64,000 bases of DNA, taken from positions 50,095 to 114,094 of the forward strand of contig CAJWVI010000002.1 of NCBI GenBank assembly GCA_913048115.1, read 5' to 3'. Shown here in pieces: positions 50,564 to 60,529 of the stretch (positions within the stretch are counted from its first letter, which is position 1; each line of letters begins with the position of its first letter). The DNA comes from an uncultured Flavobacteriaceae bacterium (GTDB lineage: Bacteria; Bacteroidota; Bacteroidia; Flavobacteriales; Flavobacteriaceae). Made by a program: the position numbers and the translations under genes. The notes under the pieces were generated by a model. That model was not told the origin of the DNA. It did not search any database and worked only from the letters and a program-made list of their open reading frames with translations.

Positions 50564-50603
50564 AAAAAGAGCAGCTACCTAAAAAGTATCTGCTCTTTTT
50601 TTT
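50564..50603 (+). terminator. Intrinsic terminator
   Basis: aaaaagagcag...ctgctcttttt plus T tail. Confidence 0.85.
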
Positions 50604-50676
50604 GAGGTGGAAGCAAGGAAAATACTAAATTATTGCACCATTAACACAGGCTTATTTATAGTCTATTACTTTTTAA

Positions 50677-50684
50677 TATATTTG
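50677..50684 (+). promoter_or_regulatory. -7 element TATATTTG for the lipoprotein gene
   Basis: Exact match 17 nt before ATG. Confidence 0.65.
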
Positions 50685-50701
50685 CTAAAAAAACATAAGA
50701 C

Positions 50702-51496
50702 ATGAAATATTTTTTACTTAGCCTAAGCCTTATTGCAACCAGCCTTATTGGTTGTGGAAGTGACGATGATAATACAACAAATGAAAATACAACAGATTAC
50801 TTTCCCTTAACTGCAAATTCTTCTTGGACGTATACTAATGAAAGTGAAGATCTAACAAGTGAAGACAACATGTTTGTTTTTGGAACACAACAAGAAGATG
50901 GTGTGCAGTATACAAATCTTGATACACAAGAGGAAATTCCTGGCGGTTTTATGGCTGGATTACTAACTCAAAACCTTGTTAGAAAAGAAATAGGAAAACT
51001 TATCGTAAATGGCGTTCTTGGAGGTGTACCTATTGATGGGTTTCCTAGCATTAGCATACCTTTAGATAATGTTGTTTTATATGATAGTAATGCCGCTATT
51101 GGAGCAGAACTAAATAGTATCTCTGATAGTTTTGAACAAACAATAATGGATTTTCCTTTTATAATTAGCTATACCAGCACATCAATACAAGGGGAGACAT
51201 TGGCAAACTATCAAACATATACTGATGTAATTATCTCTAGAATTGTATTAAATCTAGAAATAAACACTCAAATTCAGGTAGGTGGTACAACCCTTACATT
51301 GCCTATTCTTACTCCACAAGATGTTTTAATAGTAGAAAACTACTATGCTGCAAACACAGGACTAGTATTTTCTAGAGAGACTTTAGATTACAGACTGGAA
51401 GATTTAAGCGGTATTCCCGGCATAGAAATACCCTTTCCAGAACAAAGCACAACAGTAACCAATTCAAGTCTTATCAGCTTTGAAATAGGAAATTAA
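50702..51496 (+). CDS. Hypothetical lipoprotein
   Basis: Lipobox LIGC followed by acidic GSDDDN; YFPLTANSSWTY. Confidence 0.82.
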   Translation: MKYFLLSLSLIATSLIGCGSDDDNTTNENTTDYFPLTANSSWTYTNESEDLTSEDNMFVFGTQQEDGVQYTNLDTQEEIPGGFMAGLLTQNLVRKEIGKLIVNGVLGGVPIDGFPSISIPLDNVVLYDSNAAIGAELNSISDSFEQTIMDFPFIISYTSTSIQGETLANYQTYTDVIISRIVLNLEINTQIQVGGTTLTLPILTPQDVLIVENYYAANTGLVFSRETLDYRLEDLSGIPGIEIPFPEQSTTVTNSSLISFEIGN

Positions 51497-54387
51497 ACCA
51501 GAGCATTTTTTAAAATAGTGATTGGATGTAGCGCCTGGCGCTGTGTCCCATCTTTTATTTGATGCCTGCAGCTTGTTCCGTTAGCGGCTATAATAGTAGT
51601 CGCTTCTGCTTTAAGAACCGCAGGAAAAAGGCGCAAGGCACCTATCTGCATACTCACATCATAATGCTCTTTTTCATAGCCAAAACTACCAGCCATGCCA
51701 CAACATCCCGAGGTTATTAATGTTGGGCTATAGTGGGTTGGAAAATTTAAAACGTCAAATGTACTTTTTTGGTTTCCTAGGGCTTTTTGGTGGCAATGTA
51801 CGTGTATTTTAATTTTAGCAGGGGCTTGTGTAAATAGCCTTTGAGAGATTGCTCCTTTATCAAATTCTGACGCTAAAAATTCTTCTAAAAGATACACATG
51901 CTTAGAAACATAAGTAGCAGCATCACTATCATCTACAAGACGTAAAAACTCATCTCTAAAACCTAATATTGCAGAGGGCTCTATACCTAGTAGCGGGATT
52001 TTTTTAGAAACTTTAGATTTAAAATAGGCTATGTTTTCTGTAGCACAGACTTTAGCCTGATCTAGAAAACCCTTACTTATTAAGGCCCTAGCGCTATCTA
52101 AATGATCAATAACAGCTACTTCATACCCTAGCCCAATAAGCAAGTCTATAGCATCTTGTGCAATACTACCATCCAAATATTTTGAAAACTCATCGATGTA
52201 TAAAAGTACTTTTTTGCCATTAGGGCTTTTAGGAATCTCTTTTTTTGTTCTTTTCCAAAGTATAAGTTTTGGTAAGCTACGCTGGTGAGCAACCTCTGCT
52301 ATATTTTTTATAATCCTGGCAGTAATTTTATTGCTATATAAAGCATTTGTAAGGGTTGGCATTTTGGCAGCAAGGGTTGTGTATTTGCTACTTTGTGCAA
52401 ATAACTTTGTACTTCTAGAGACACCATGTGTTTTTTGATATTGATATAAAAACTCTGCCTTACTAGTTGCCATGTCTACATTACTAGGGCATTCACTTCC
52501 ACAGGCTTTGCAACTAATGCATAAATCGAAAACTTCTTTGAGCTGTGTTGAATCAAATTTATTTTTAGCATCATTGGTTGTTAATACTTCTCTAAGCACA
52601 TTAGCTCTTGCTCTGGTAGTATCTTTTTCGTTTTTTGTTGCGTGGTAGCTTGGGCACATTGTGCCACCACCAGCTGCAGATTTACGACAATCTCCACTCC
52701 CATTACATTTCTCTGCCAAGCTGATAATTCCTTGAGAATCATCAAAGTTTAATACGGTGTCAATTTTTGGTATAGGTTTATTTGGAACATTACGCAATGA
52801 AGCATCCATTTTAGAAGCTTCTGTAATCTTACCAGGATTAAAAATATGCTTAGGGTCAAAGGTGTTTTTAACTAGCGTAAGCAGTGCATAGTTTTGTTCT
52901 CCAATGAGTAAGGGGATAAATTCTGACCGCACGATACCATCTCCGTGTTCTCCAGAAAAAGAACCTTTATATTTCTTAACAAGATGAACGACATCTGTTG
53001 TGATTTTCCTGAAGTAGTCTACACCCTCAAGGGTCTTTAAATCAAGAATAGGGCGTAAATGCAATTCACCTGCTCCCGCATGTGCATAATAAACCGCTTC
53101 TTGATTGTAGGATTTCATGATGTTTGTAAAATCATCTATATACGCAGGTAGGTCTTGCAATGCAACGGCGGTATCTTCAATACAAGCAACAGCTTTTTTG
53201 TCTCCTACTATGTTACCAAGCAAACCAAGCCCCGCTTTTCTTAGCTCCATTGCTTTTGCAACATCAGCTCCTTTTAATACCACAGTATGGTAGCTTAACT
53301 TTTCTTTAGACAGTGTTTCTTGTAGCGCTTTTATTTTTTGTTCTAGCTGCAACTCTGTTGTGGCCTTAACCTCCAACATTAACATGGCTTTTGGCGCTCC
53401 CTTTACAAAAGAACGATACGAGCGGTACATTGCATTTTCATTGGTGCGCTCTAGAATGATATCATCCATCAACTCGCAGCAGTATAGTTCATGCTTCATC
53501 GCGTTTACAACATCTAGCAGTCCTTTTTCAAGGGTATCATAATGAGGTACTAACATAGCCGTTTTCTCTGGAGGTAATACATCTAAATGCAAAGTTATGG
53601 CTGTTGAAAACGCCAAAGTACCTTCACTACCCGTCAAGAGCTTACACATATTAAAAGCAGTATCTCCACCAAATACTTTGGCATCTAAAAGCGCATCAAT
53701 GGCATAGCCAGTATTTCGTCTATGTATTTCTGGCTTCGGAAATTCTCTACGAATTTCTTCTTGTACCCCAGTCTTGTTTAATGCATTGTAGATGTTTTTA
53801 TAAAGCGCGCCCTCTAAGGATGCTAATCTGGTTTTTTCTAAAAACATATCTGGTGTGAGGGAGGAAAAAGTAACCTCAGAACCGTCAGACAAAATACAAT
53901 CCATGGCCAGCACCTTATCTCTTGTAACTCCATATTGGATAGAGGTTGTACCACTAGAATTATTACCCACCATACCACCAATCATACACCTATTGGAAGT
54001 GGAAGTATTAGGGCCAAAGAAAAGCCCATGGGGTTTTAAATAGGCATTGAGCTCATCGCGAATAACACCGGGTTGAACCCTCGCAGTTTTTGCAGTTACA
54101 TCAACATCAATAATGTTAGTAAAATGTTTTGAAACATCAACCACAATACCCTCACCAACACATTGTCCAGCTAGGGATGTTCCTGCGGTTCTTGGAATTA
54201 ATGACACCTTATGCCTTGTAGCGAAAGATATTAGCTTTTTTATATCTTCAATAGAACTTGGGTATGCAACCCCTAAAGGTATTTTACGATATACAGAAGC
54301 ATCTGTTGCATAGATGGTTTTATGTAAATCATCAAAAAAGAGTGATCCTGTTAACTTATTTGATAATTGTTGTAGGTGTCCTTTCAA
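51493..54387 (-). CDS. FAD-binding plus Fe-S 2-hydroxyacid dehydrogenase (GlcD/GlcF fusion, YdiJ-like)
   Basis: PRTAGTSLAGQ, GEHGDG, FNPGK, CNGSGDC, CISCKACGSEC, CCGMAGSFG. Confidence 0.9.
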   Translation of the reverse strand: MKGHLQQLSNKLTGSLFFDDLHKTIYATDASVYRKIPLGVAYPSSIEDIKKLISFATRHKVSLIPRTAGTSLAGQCVGEGIVVDVSKHFTNIIDVDVTAKTARVQPGVIRDELNAYLKPHGLFFGPNTSTSNRCMIGGMVGNNSSGTTSIQYGVTRDKVLAMDCILSDGSEVTFSSLTPDMFLEKTRLASLEGALYKNIYNALNKTGVQEEIRREFPKPEIHRRNTGYAIDALLDAKVFGGDTAFNMCKLLTGSEGTLAFSTAITLHLDVLPPEKTAMLVPHYDTLEKGLLDVVNAMKHELYCCELMDDIILERTNENAMYRSYRSFVKGAPKAMLMLEVKATTELQLEQKIKALQETLSKEKLSYHTVVLKGADVAKAMELRKAGLGLLGNIVGDKKAVACIEDTAVALQDLPAYIDDFTNIMKSYNQEAVYYAHAGAGELHLRPILDLKTLEGVDYFRKITTDVVHLVKKYKGSFSGEHGDGIVRSEFIPLLIGEQNYALLTLVKNTFDPKHIFNPGKITEASKMDASLRNVPNKPIPKIDTVLNFDDSQGIISLAEKCNGSGDCRKSAAGGGTMCPSYHATKNEKDTTRARANVLREVLTTNDAKNKFDSTQLKEVFDLCISCKACGSECPSNVDMATSKAEFLYQYQKTHGVSRSTKLFAQSSKYTTLAAKMPTLTNALYSNKITARIIKNIAEVAHQRSLPKLILWKRTKKEIPKSPNGKKVLLYIDEFSKYLDGSIAQDAIDLLIGLGYEVAVIDHLDSARALISKGFLDQAKVCATENIAYFKSKVSKKIPLLGIEPSAILGFRDEFLRLVDDSDAATYVSKHVYLLEEFLASEFDKGAISQRLFTQAPAKIKIHVHCHQKALGNQKSTFDVLNFPTHYSPTLITSGCCGMAGSFGYEKEHYDVSMQIGALRLFPAVLKAEATTIIAANGTSCRHQIKDGTQRQALHPITILKNALV

Positions 54388-54492
54388 GGTAAATTATTGA
54401 TTTTTTAAAAATAGTATTTATACACATATTAAAAATAAACTAATAAACTATCTCTCCAAAAAACGATTTGAAAATTTGCGAAGAATAGAAAT

Positions 54493-55629
54493 CTATTCAA
54501 CCCGGGGCTTTTCAAGCGCACGCGCATACAAGGCCTCATATTGAGGTACAACTCTTTTTGTATCAAAGCGTTTTGAAGACTTTTTTGCATTTGTCTTAAA
54601 GGTGTGTAAGGTGTCATCATCTTTCAATATCTTAATAGCATTGGCAGCCATTTCTGTAATGTTACCAACGTTACTTAAATAGCCGCTCTCACCATCAATA
54701 TTAACCTCAGGAAGTCCCCCTGTATTACTAGAGATTATAGGAACACCAATTGCCATGGCCTCTAGTGCCGCTAAACCAAAACTTTCTTTCTCTGAAGGCA
54801 ATAAAAACAAATCTGAAAAACACAAAATTTTATCAACCTCATTACTATTTCCAAAAAACACGACTTTGTCTGCAATACCTAAAGATACCGCCAAGGCTTC
54901 TGCAGATACTTTATCTGGACCCTCTCCAACAATGAGTAATTTAGAGGGAATTTCTTTTTGTATTAAATAAAATATTTCAACAACATCATGTACTCTTTTT
55001 ACTGGTCTTAGATTACTAACATGTGTAATAATACGCTCTTGTGGCAGAGCCATAAGAGATCGTTGGCACTCTGTATAGTTATTTTGAAACCCCTCTGTGT
55101 CTATAAAATTAGGCACTACATCAATGGTGTTTTTAATGTCAAATAAACGCAGGGTGTCATCCTTTAAGCTTTGAGATACAGAGGTTACACAATCACTGTT
55201 ATTGATACTAAAAGTAACGGCTGGTTTATAAAAGGGATGGTTTCCAACTAAGGTAATATCGGTGCCGTGCAAGGTGGTAACCATAGGGATATGGATCCCT
55301 GCTTCTGCCAACATTTGTTTTGCCATATACCCTGCATAGGCGTGGGGTATAGCATAATGCACATGCATAATATCAATTTGGTATAACTTAACCATGTCTA
55401 CTAGCTTACTTGAAAGGGCTAGCTCGTAGGGTTGATATTTAAATAGAGGATATTGGGGTATGGTAACTTCATGAAAATGAATTTTCTTAGATAATAAATC
55501 TAAGCGCACCGGTTGTTTATAGGTAATAAAATGCACTTCATGACCATGATCTGCAAGGGCTAGGCCTAATTCTGTGGCAACGACACCACTTCCACCAAAG
55601 GTTGGATAACAAACAATTGCTATTTTCAT
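54493..55629 (-). CDS. bshA: N-acetyl-alpha-D-glucosaminyl L-malate synthase (bacillithiol pathway)
   Basis: CYPTFGGSGVVATELG, HVHYAIPHA, TTLHGTDIT, ESFGLAALEAM. Confidence 0.93.
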   Translation of the reverse strand: MKIAIVCYPTFGGSGVVATELGLALADHGHEVHFITYKQPVRLDLLSKKIHFHEVTIPQYPLFKYQPYELALSSKLVDMVKLYQIDIMHVHYAIPHAYAGYMAKQMLAEAGIHIPMVTTLHGTDITLVGNHPFYKPAVTFSINNSDCVTSVSQSLKDDTLRLFDIKNTIDVVPNFIDTEGFQNNYTECQRSLMALPQERIITHVSNLRPVKRVHDVVEIFYLIQKEIPSKLLIVGEGPDKVSAEALAVSLGIADKVVFFGNSNEVDKILCFSDLFLLPSEKESFGLAALEAMAIGVPIISSNTGGLPEVNIDGESGYLSNVGNITEMAANAIKILKDDDTLHTFKTNAKKSSKRFDTKRVVPQYEALYARALEKPRVE

Positions 55630-55723
55630 ATATTAAAAGATCTTCTTTAGGTTATATAAGTTCTGTATGAGATTATTAAGAAGTATAAAAATACTCTTTA
55701 TAGATACATCTATAAAACAAAAT

Positions 55724-56497
55724 TTAAATTCTCTTAGCCTCTTCCCAATACACATCCATTTCAGCAAGGGTCATATCTTTAATCTCTGTACCTTGTTCTT
55801 TTGCTTTGCGCTCTAGGTATTGAAATCTTTTTATAAATTTTTTATTAGTACGTTCTAGAGCATTTTCTGGATCTATTTTTAAAAAACGCGCATAATTTAT
55901 CATTGAAAACAACACATCTCCAAATTCTGCCTCCATGTTTTGTTGATTCTTTGCGGCTACCTCCACTTTTAATTCTGCTAATTCTTCTTGCAATTTCTCA
56001 AAGACTTGTTCTGGGTGCTCCCAATCAAAACCAACGCCAGATACTTTGTCTTGAATTCTATTGGCTTTCACCAAAGCTGGTAATGATTTTGGGACGCCTT
56101 GTAAAACACTTGTTTTACCTTCTTTAAGTTTTAAATTTTCCCAATTTTGTTTTACCTCTTTTTCATCTGCTACCCTAACATCTGCATAAATATGAGGATG
56201 TCTAGAGATTAACTTTTCACAAATTTGATTGGTTACATCTGCTATATCAAAGGCATCTGTTTCACTACCAATTTTTGCGTAAAACACAATATGTAATAAC
56301 AAGTCTCCCAACTCACCTTTTACTTCTTCTAGATCATTTTCTAAGATAGCGTCTCCTAGCTCATAGGTTTCTTCAATAGTGAGATGACGCAGTGTTTCCA
56401 TGGTTTGTTTCTTATCCCAGGGGCATTGTGCTCTTAGTTCGTCCATAATGGTGAGCAGTCTATCAAAGGCTTGTAATTGTTGTTGTCTTGTATTCAT
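55724..56497 (-). CDS. mazG: Nucleoside triphosphate pyrophosphohydrolase
   Basis: CPWDKKQT, EETYE, ELGDLLLH, RHPH, EFGDVLF, NKKFIKRF. Confidence 0.96.
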   Translation of the reverse strand: MNTRQQQLQAFDRLLTIMDELRAQCPWDKKQTMETLRHLTIEETYELGDAILENDLEEVKGELGDLLLHIVFYAKIGSETDAFDIADVTNQICEKLISRHPHIYADVRVADEKEVKQNWENLKLKEGKTSVLQGVPKSLPALVKANRIQDKVSGVGFDWEHPEQVFEKLQEELAELKVEVAAKNQQNMEAEFGDVLFSMINYARFLKIDPENALERTNKKFIKRFQYLERKAKEQGTEIKDMTLAEMDVYWEEAKRI

Positions 56498-56672
56498 AGC
56501 GGCTAAGATTCAGTAAGTATCTTTGAGTAAAATAAACGTCAAATTGCTTGTATAAAAATACTATTATAAAATGAGCTTGCTAAGGGGTTGAATCGTTATT
56601 TTTGAACAAGAGTATTGCTAATTTTAAAAAAAAGATAGCAACAACTTGATACCACCACTTACATTATTGTCT

Positions 56673-57062
56673 ATGGAAAAATTAGAAATTTTAAAAAACA
56701 GATCAGAAACACGTATATTCAAGGCGGTATTCCCTAATACCACCAATCATTACGACACGCTTTTTGGAGGGACAGCATTGCATTTAATGGATGAGGCTTC
56801 TTTTATTTGCGCTACACGCTTTAGTAGGAAAAAAGTAGTGACGGTTTCGTCAGATAAAGTTGACTTTTCATGTCCTATCCCACAAGGGACTATTATAGAA
56901 TTAGTAGCCCGTGTTGAAAAAGTTGGTAGAACTAGCTGTGTGGTAAAGGTAGAGATTTTTATGGAAGACATGTACAGCTATCAAAGAAGCAAAGCGGTAA
57001 CGGGTCACTTTACTTTTGTAGCCATTGGTGATGACAAAAAACCAGTTACTATTATTGATTAA
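56673..57062 (+). CDS. Acyl-CoA thioesterase (hotdog fold)
   Basis: VFPNTTNHYDTLFGG..LHLMDE; likely start ATG 56673. Confidence 0.9.
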   Translation: MEKLEILKNRSETRIFKAVFPNTTNHYDTLFGGTALHLMDEASFICATRFSRKKVVTVSSDKVDFSCPIPQGTIIELVARVEKVGRTSCVVKVEIFMEDMYSYQRSKAVTGHFTFVAIGDDKKPVTIID

Positions 57063-57108
57063 GGTGGTTTTTAATTTGTATCATTAAAAAACAAAAGCTT
57101 CTTGAGCA

Positions 57109-57861
57109 CTAAAAGAACCACAGCTTAATAGCCATAATACTTACCATGACTATTAAAAAGAACCGAATAAACCCATCTCCTTTTTTTACTGACAACCTAC
57201 TTGAAACCCAAGCACCGGCGGCATTACCAATAGCCAAAACAAGGCCTATTTTAAAATTTACTTTGTCATTCAAAATAAATATAACAAGCGCACCAAGGGT
57301 GTAAATAAAAACTACAAATACTTTGGTAGCATTAACACGCACCAAACTCATGTAATGGGTATAATGTAAATACAGGATAATTAAAAACCCAATACCGGCA
57401 TTAATAAAACCCCCGTAAATACCCAAAAAGAAGAATACTATAATACCCAGCCATAAATACTTACCGGTAAGGCGTTCTTGCAAATGGGCAAGATTGGTTT
57501 TTGGTTTAAATATGATAATTAAAATAACAGCCACCATAACACTAGCAAGCACCTTATTGAAAATAGCCTCATCTATATCTACCGCAATTTTAGCTCCTAA
57601 CAAACTTCCAAAAAAAGCAGAAATTCCTAAGTATATATTAAAGGGAAAGGTACTAACGCCCTTGCTTTTAAAACCTGCTGTAGCAATAGCGGTTTGTATT
57701 ATAATAGCAATCCTGTTGGTACCATTAGCTAGTGTTGGTGGTAGGCCCATAAAAATTAAAACAGGCAGTGATAGTAAAGAGCCTCCTCCAGCTACTGTAT
57801 TAATAAAACCTACAACAAAACCTACTACAATTAGTAAAGGGTAATAGTACCAATGTTCCAT
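57109..57861 (-). CDS. TauE/SafE family membrane protein
   Basis: INTVAGGGSLL, ANGTN, GIYGGFINAGIG; multiple TMs. Confidence 0.9.
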   Translation of the reverse strand: MEHWYYYPLLIVVGFVVGFINTVAGGGSLLSLPVLIFMGLPPTLANGTNRIAIIIQTAIATAGFKSKGVSTFPFNIYLGISAFFGSLLGAKIAVDIDEAIFNKVLASVMVAVILIIIFKPKTNLAHLQERLTGKYLWLGIIVFFFLGIYGGFINAGIGFLIILYLHYTHYMSLVRVNATKVFVVFIYTLGALVIFILNDKVNFKIGLVLAIGNAAGAWVSSRLSVKKGDGFIRFFLIVMVSIMAIKLWFF

Positions 57862-57865
57862 AATA

Positions 57866-57873
57866 CAAAGGTA
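57866..57873 (-). promoter_or_regulatory. -7 element TACCTTTG, 4 nt before the tauE ATG
   Basis: Exact match on the minus strand. Confidence 0.65.
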
Positions 57874-57950
57874 ATAAGGTTTTTAAAAAATGTATCATAC
57901 TATTTTTTGAAATTTTAAAACTAAAGATTGCCTACTATTAAAAAGCTTGT

Positions 57951-57958
57951 TATATTTG
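57951..57958 (+). promoter_or_regulatory. -7 element TATATTTG for tRNA-Ser
   Basis: Exact match followed by GCAGCC, 37 nt before the tRNA. Confidence 0.75.
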
Positions 57959-57995
57959 CAGCCGCATTCAGGTGTATAGCTTGAATAGATACTTT

Positions 57996-58080
57996 GGAGA
58001 GTTGGCAGAGTGGTCGAATGCGGCAGTCTTGAAAACTGTTGAGGGTTACACCTCCAGGGGTTCGAATCCCTTACTCTCCG
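57996..58080 (+). tRNA. tRNA-Ser (anticodon TGA)
   Basis: GGAGAGT/ACTCTCC acceptor stem, D-loop AGTGG, anticodon loop CTTGAAA, long variable arm, GGTTCGAATCC; CCA not encoded. Confidence 0.97.
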
Positions 58081-58082
58081 CA

Positions 58083-58117
58083 AAAAAACCCATAAACAAT
58101 TTGTTTATGGGTTTTTT
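58083..58117 (+). terminator. tRNA terminator
   Basis: aaaaaacccataaacaa/ttgtttatgggtttttt. Confidence 0.88.
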
Positions 58118-58332
58118 ACTTTACAGTTTTTTTTTATGGGCACTAAAACGAAGTTAATCTAGGGCTTTAAGTACTTCTGCAATCTACTTCCTAACAACAG
58201 ATATTGCTTGTCTGGCTCTTCTAATTTGGTGATCGCTATGGCACTACTTTAAATTGTTTCTTTACTGTACAAGACTTATTTTATTTCACTTTCACTTCAA
58301 ACAAAATAACATTCTATACATTTACTAAATAT

Positions 58333-59223
58333 ATGAAAAAATCACTTTGCATACTGTTGCTGTTTTTATCTAATCTTGCCCTTTGTCAAGAATACAAACC
58401 ATTATTAGATACCTATAACCAATGGAGTGTGCGGTATTGTTTTAGTGGCTGCTCTACAGATATTTATTATACAAATGGAGATACCATTGTTGATGCAATG
58501 AATTATAAAGTACTCGATGGATACCATTACATATCAAGAGGTTTTTTACTTAGAGAAGATGTTACTGAAAAAAAAGTATACTTAAAAACTATTCTACCAA
58601 GTGGTATTAGAGATTATCTTCTTTATGACTTCTCCCTTGAAGTAGGTGACTCAATAGACATTAAAAATCCTGCTTCTCCATTTATAGAAGATGCCGGATA
58701 TTATAAAGTGGATGCAATAACACTTCTACCTCTAGTTGACTCCAACCTATATCGTCATTTTTACTTATCTCCTACTACTTCTAATACAATAAGTACAAAC
58801 GATGCAATTTGGGTAGAGGGTGTTGGGTCACTATCGTTAATAAACGCCCCTGGGGGAGACCCTGATATTAATTCAGCAGGAAGAGTGGCCTGCATGTTTA
58901 AAGATGGAGTCTCTTTTTATGCAGATCTAGATATTATAGAAGATTGTGAAGATATTATTTTAGACATACCGCTATTTCAAACAACCATAAATAACAGTAA
59001 AATTATAAACGCCTTAGTTGTAAATGAATTTTCTGTGATAAATATCGAGCCGTTCATCGCATTAGCTATATACAACTTAAATGGGCAACTCTTGCAGCAG
59101 ATTAATTTAAACAATCAAAATACGGTGACCCTAAACCTTTCAAGTTATAAACCGGCTATGTATCTAATTGTTTTAAAATCTGAGGGTGCTACTCATCAGG
59201 TTTTAAAAGCACTTGTTCAATAA
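58333..59223 (+). CDS. Probable T9SS type A cargo protein
   Basis: Signal peptide; LLYDFSLEVGD and WVEGVGS domain; C-terminal IYNLNGQLL...LSSYKPAMYLIVL. Confidence 0.8.
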   Translation: MKKSLCILLLFLSNLALCQEYKPLLDTYNQWSVRYCFSGCSTDIYYTNGDTIVDAMNYKVLDGYHYISRGFLLREDVTEKKVYLKTILPSGIRDYLLYDFSLEVGDSIDIKNPASPFIEDAGYYKVDAITLLPLVDSNLYRHFYLSPTTSNTISTNDAIWVEGVGSLSLINAPGGDPDINSAGRVACMFKDGVSFYADLDIIEDCEDIILDIPLFQTTINNSKIINALVVNEFSVINIEPFIALAIYNLNGQLLQQINLNNQNTVTLNLSSYKPAMYLIVLKSEGATHQVLKALVQ

Positions 59224-59259
59224 TCTTTTACATTGGTAAACAAAGCCACTATTGCAAGC

Positions 59260-59297
59260 AAAAAAATCCCGCATCCATAAAGGGTGCGGGATTTTAT
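59260..59297 (+). terminator. Intrinsic terminator
   Basis: aaaatcccgcatcc-ataaa-gggtgcgggatttt. Confidence 0.85.
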
Positions 59298-59318
59298 TTA
59301 AAGAAATATTTTAAAACA

Positions 59319-59341
59319 CACCTCAACCCTTGGCTGAGATG
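59319..59341 (-). terminator. Minus-strand hairpin terminator for the DUF6268 gene
   Basis: CAUCUCAGCC-AAG-GGUUGAGGUG pairs fully, with G-U pairs, only on the minus strand; followed by UGUUUU. Confidence 0.65.
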
Positions 59342-59356
59342 AAATTAAAATATGTT

Positions 59357-60289
59357 TTACAATCCAACTCTAAACATTAAATCTATACCAACAAAAGGTG
59401 CTGCAGAAAATTCTGAGTTTTCTCTAGTTCTTTCTTCACCAATTTGAACGGTAAGAACCTGTACAATACTATTTTGATTTTTGTTGTAAACTCCATAGTC
59501 TGTAGTATCAAGACCAAATCTTGCACGTACAATAAGCATATCGTCTAAAAATCCATAGGCTGCGAATGCAGAAAGACGAATAGATTCTTCTTGTACATAA
59601 AAGTCTGAATTTGTATCGCCGGTAAGGTTATACGATTTAACTGAAGACAACAAGTTAGCTCCAAGGCTAAAGGCATCTGTTAAAGAGTAGTTGGCATCTG
59701 CGCGTATAGGCAGTGTTGCATTTACGTAAAATTTACTATTTTTTGACTTATACCAAAGCCCTATTATAGGTGTTACGGTAGTACCAAAATTCTCTGAGGA
59801 CACGTAAGCTCCAAATTTAAGAACCTTTCTGCTAGAATATTTTTTTTCTAGAAGCGCAAGACCACCCATCTGGAAATCATCTGATCCAAGATCATTAAAA
59901 TCTGAGGCTAGTTTTGGAAGCGCTACATAGGTACCACTCCACTTATTACCATGGTTAATCTTCATACCTAAATTAAGCCTTGTCATTATCAAATTTGAGC
60001 TTCCATCCGTAAAAACAGTTGATGAATCTGTACCTGTATTCTCTTTTGCGAAAAAAGAACCCAAACCTGTATTTTCATAGGTAAAACCAGCAAGAATTAC
60101 AGCCTTTGAAGTAATTGGTATTGGTAAATAAAGTTCTAAGTTCGTATTATTAACATCTGTGTCCAATGAATCTTGAACATTTCCAAGTGAAGCCTGTGAG
60201 TAAGAGGCTTTAAAAATATCTAGATAATCTTGAGCATTTACCATGCTTGCGCATACAAAAAGGGCAATAAAAAGTATATTTTTTTTCAT
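59357..60289 (-). CDS. Outer-membrane beta-barrel protein (DUF6268-like)
   Basis: Signal peptide, AQDYLDIF start, LPKLASD, alternating strands, terminal FRVGL. Confidence 0.75.
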   Translation of the reverse strand: MKKNILFIALFVCASMVNAQDYLDIFKASYSQASLGNVQDSLDTDVNNTNLELYLPIPITSKAVILAGFTYENTGLGSFFAKENTGTDSSTVFTDGSSNLIMTRLNLGMKINHGNKWSGTYVALPKLASDFNDLGSDDFQMGGLALLEKKYSSRKVLKFGAYVSSENFGTTVTPIIGLWYKSKNSKFYVNATLPIRADANYSLTDAFSLGANLLSSVKSYNLTGDTNSDFYVQEESIRLSAFAAYGFLDDMLIVRARFGLDTTDYGVYNKNQNSIVQVLTVQIGEERTRENSEFSAAPFVGIDLMFRVGL

Positions 60290-60529
60290 AGTGTAAAGGT
60301 ATTTCGTTAAAATAAATTTGTTTAGTCTATTAGGGGTGTAATTTAAACAATAAATAATTAATCGCTAACAAAAATTTTAAAGCTACTCTACAATGAAGAA
60401 TTACTAAGAGTTAACAAAAACATAAACCGTTCTTTTTTTTGTTTAACTTTAACACAATACAACCAAACATTCTATATTTTTACAGTGTAATAATAGTAGC
60501 TTTTAAAAATGCTATAAAATTTAACGCTT

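Noticed and set aside
57895-58157. ORFs 57895-58083 and 57972-58157
   Set aside because: They are artefacts overlapping tRNA-Ser and its terminator
58155-58245. Short minus-strand frame (HSDHQIRRARQAISVVRK*IAEVLKALD*) vaguely like an XRE HTH remnant
   Set aside because: It is too short, interrupted by stops, and the similarity is only impressionistic
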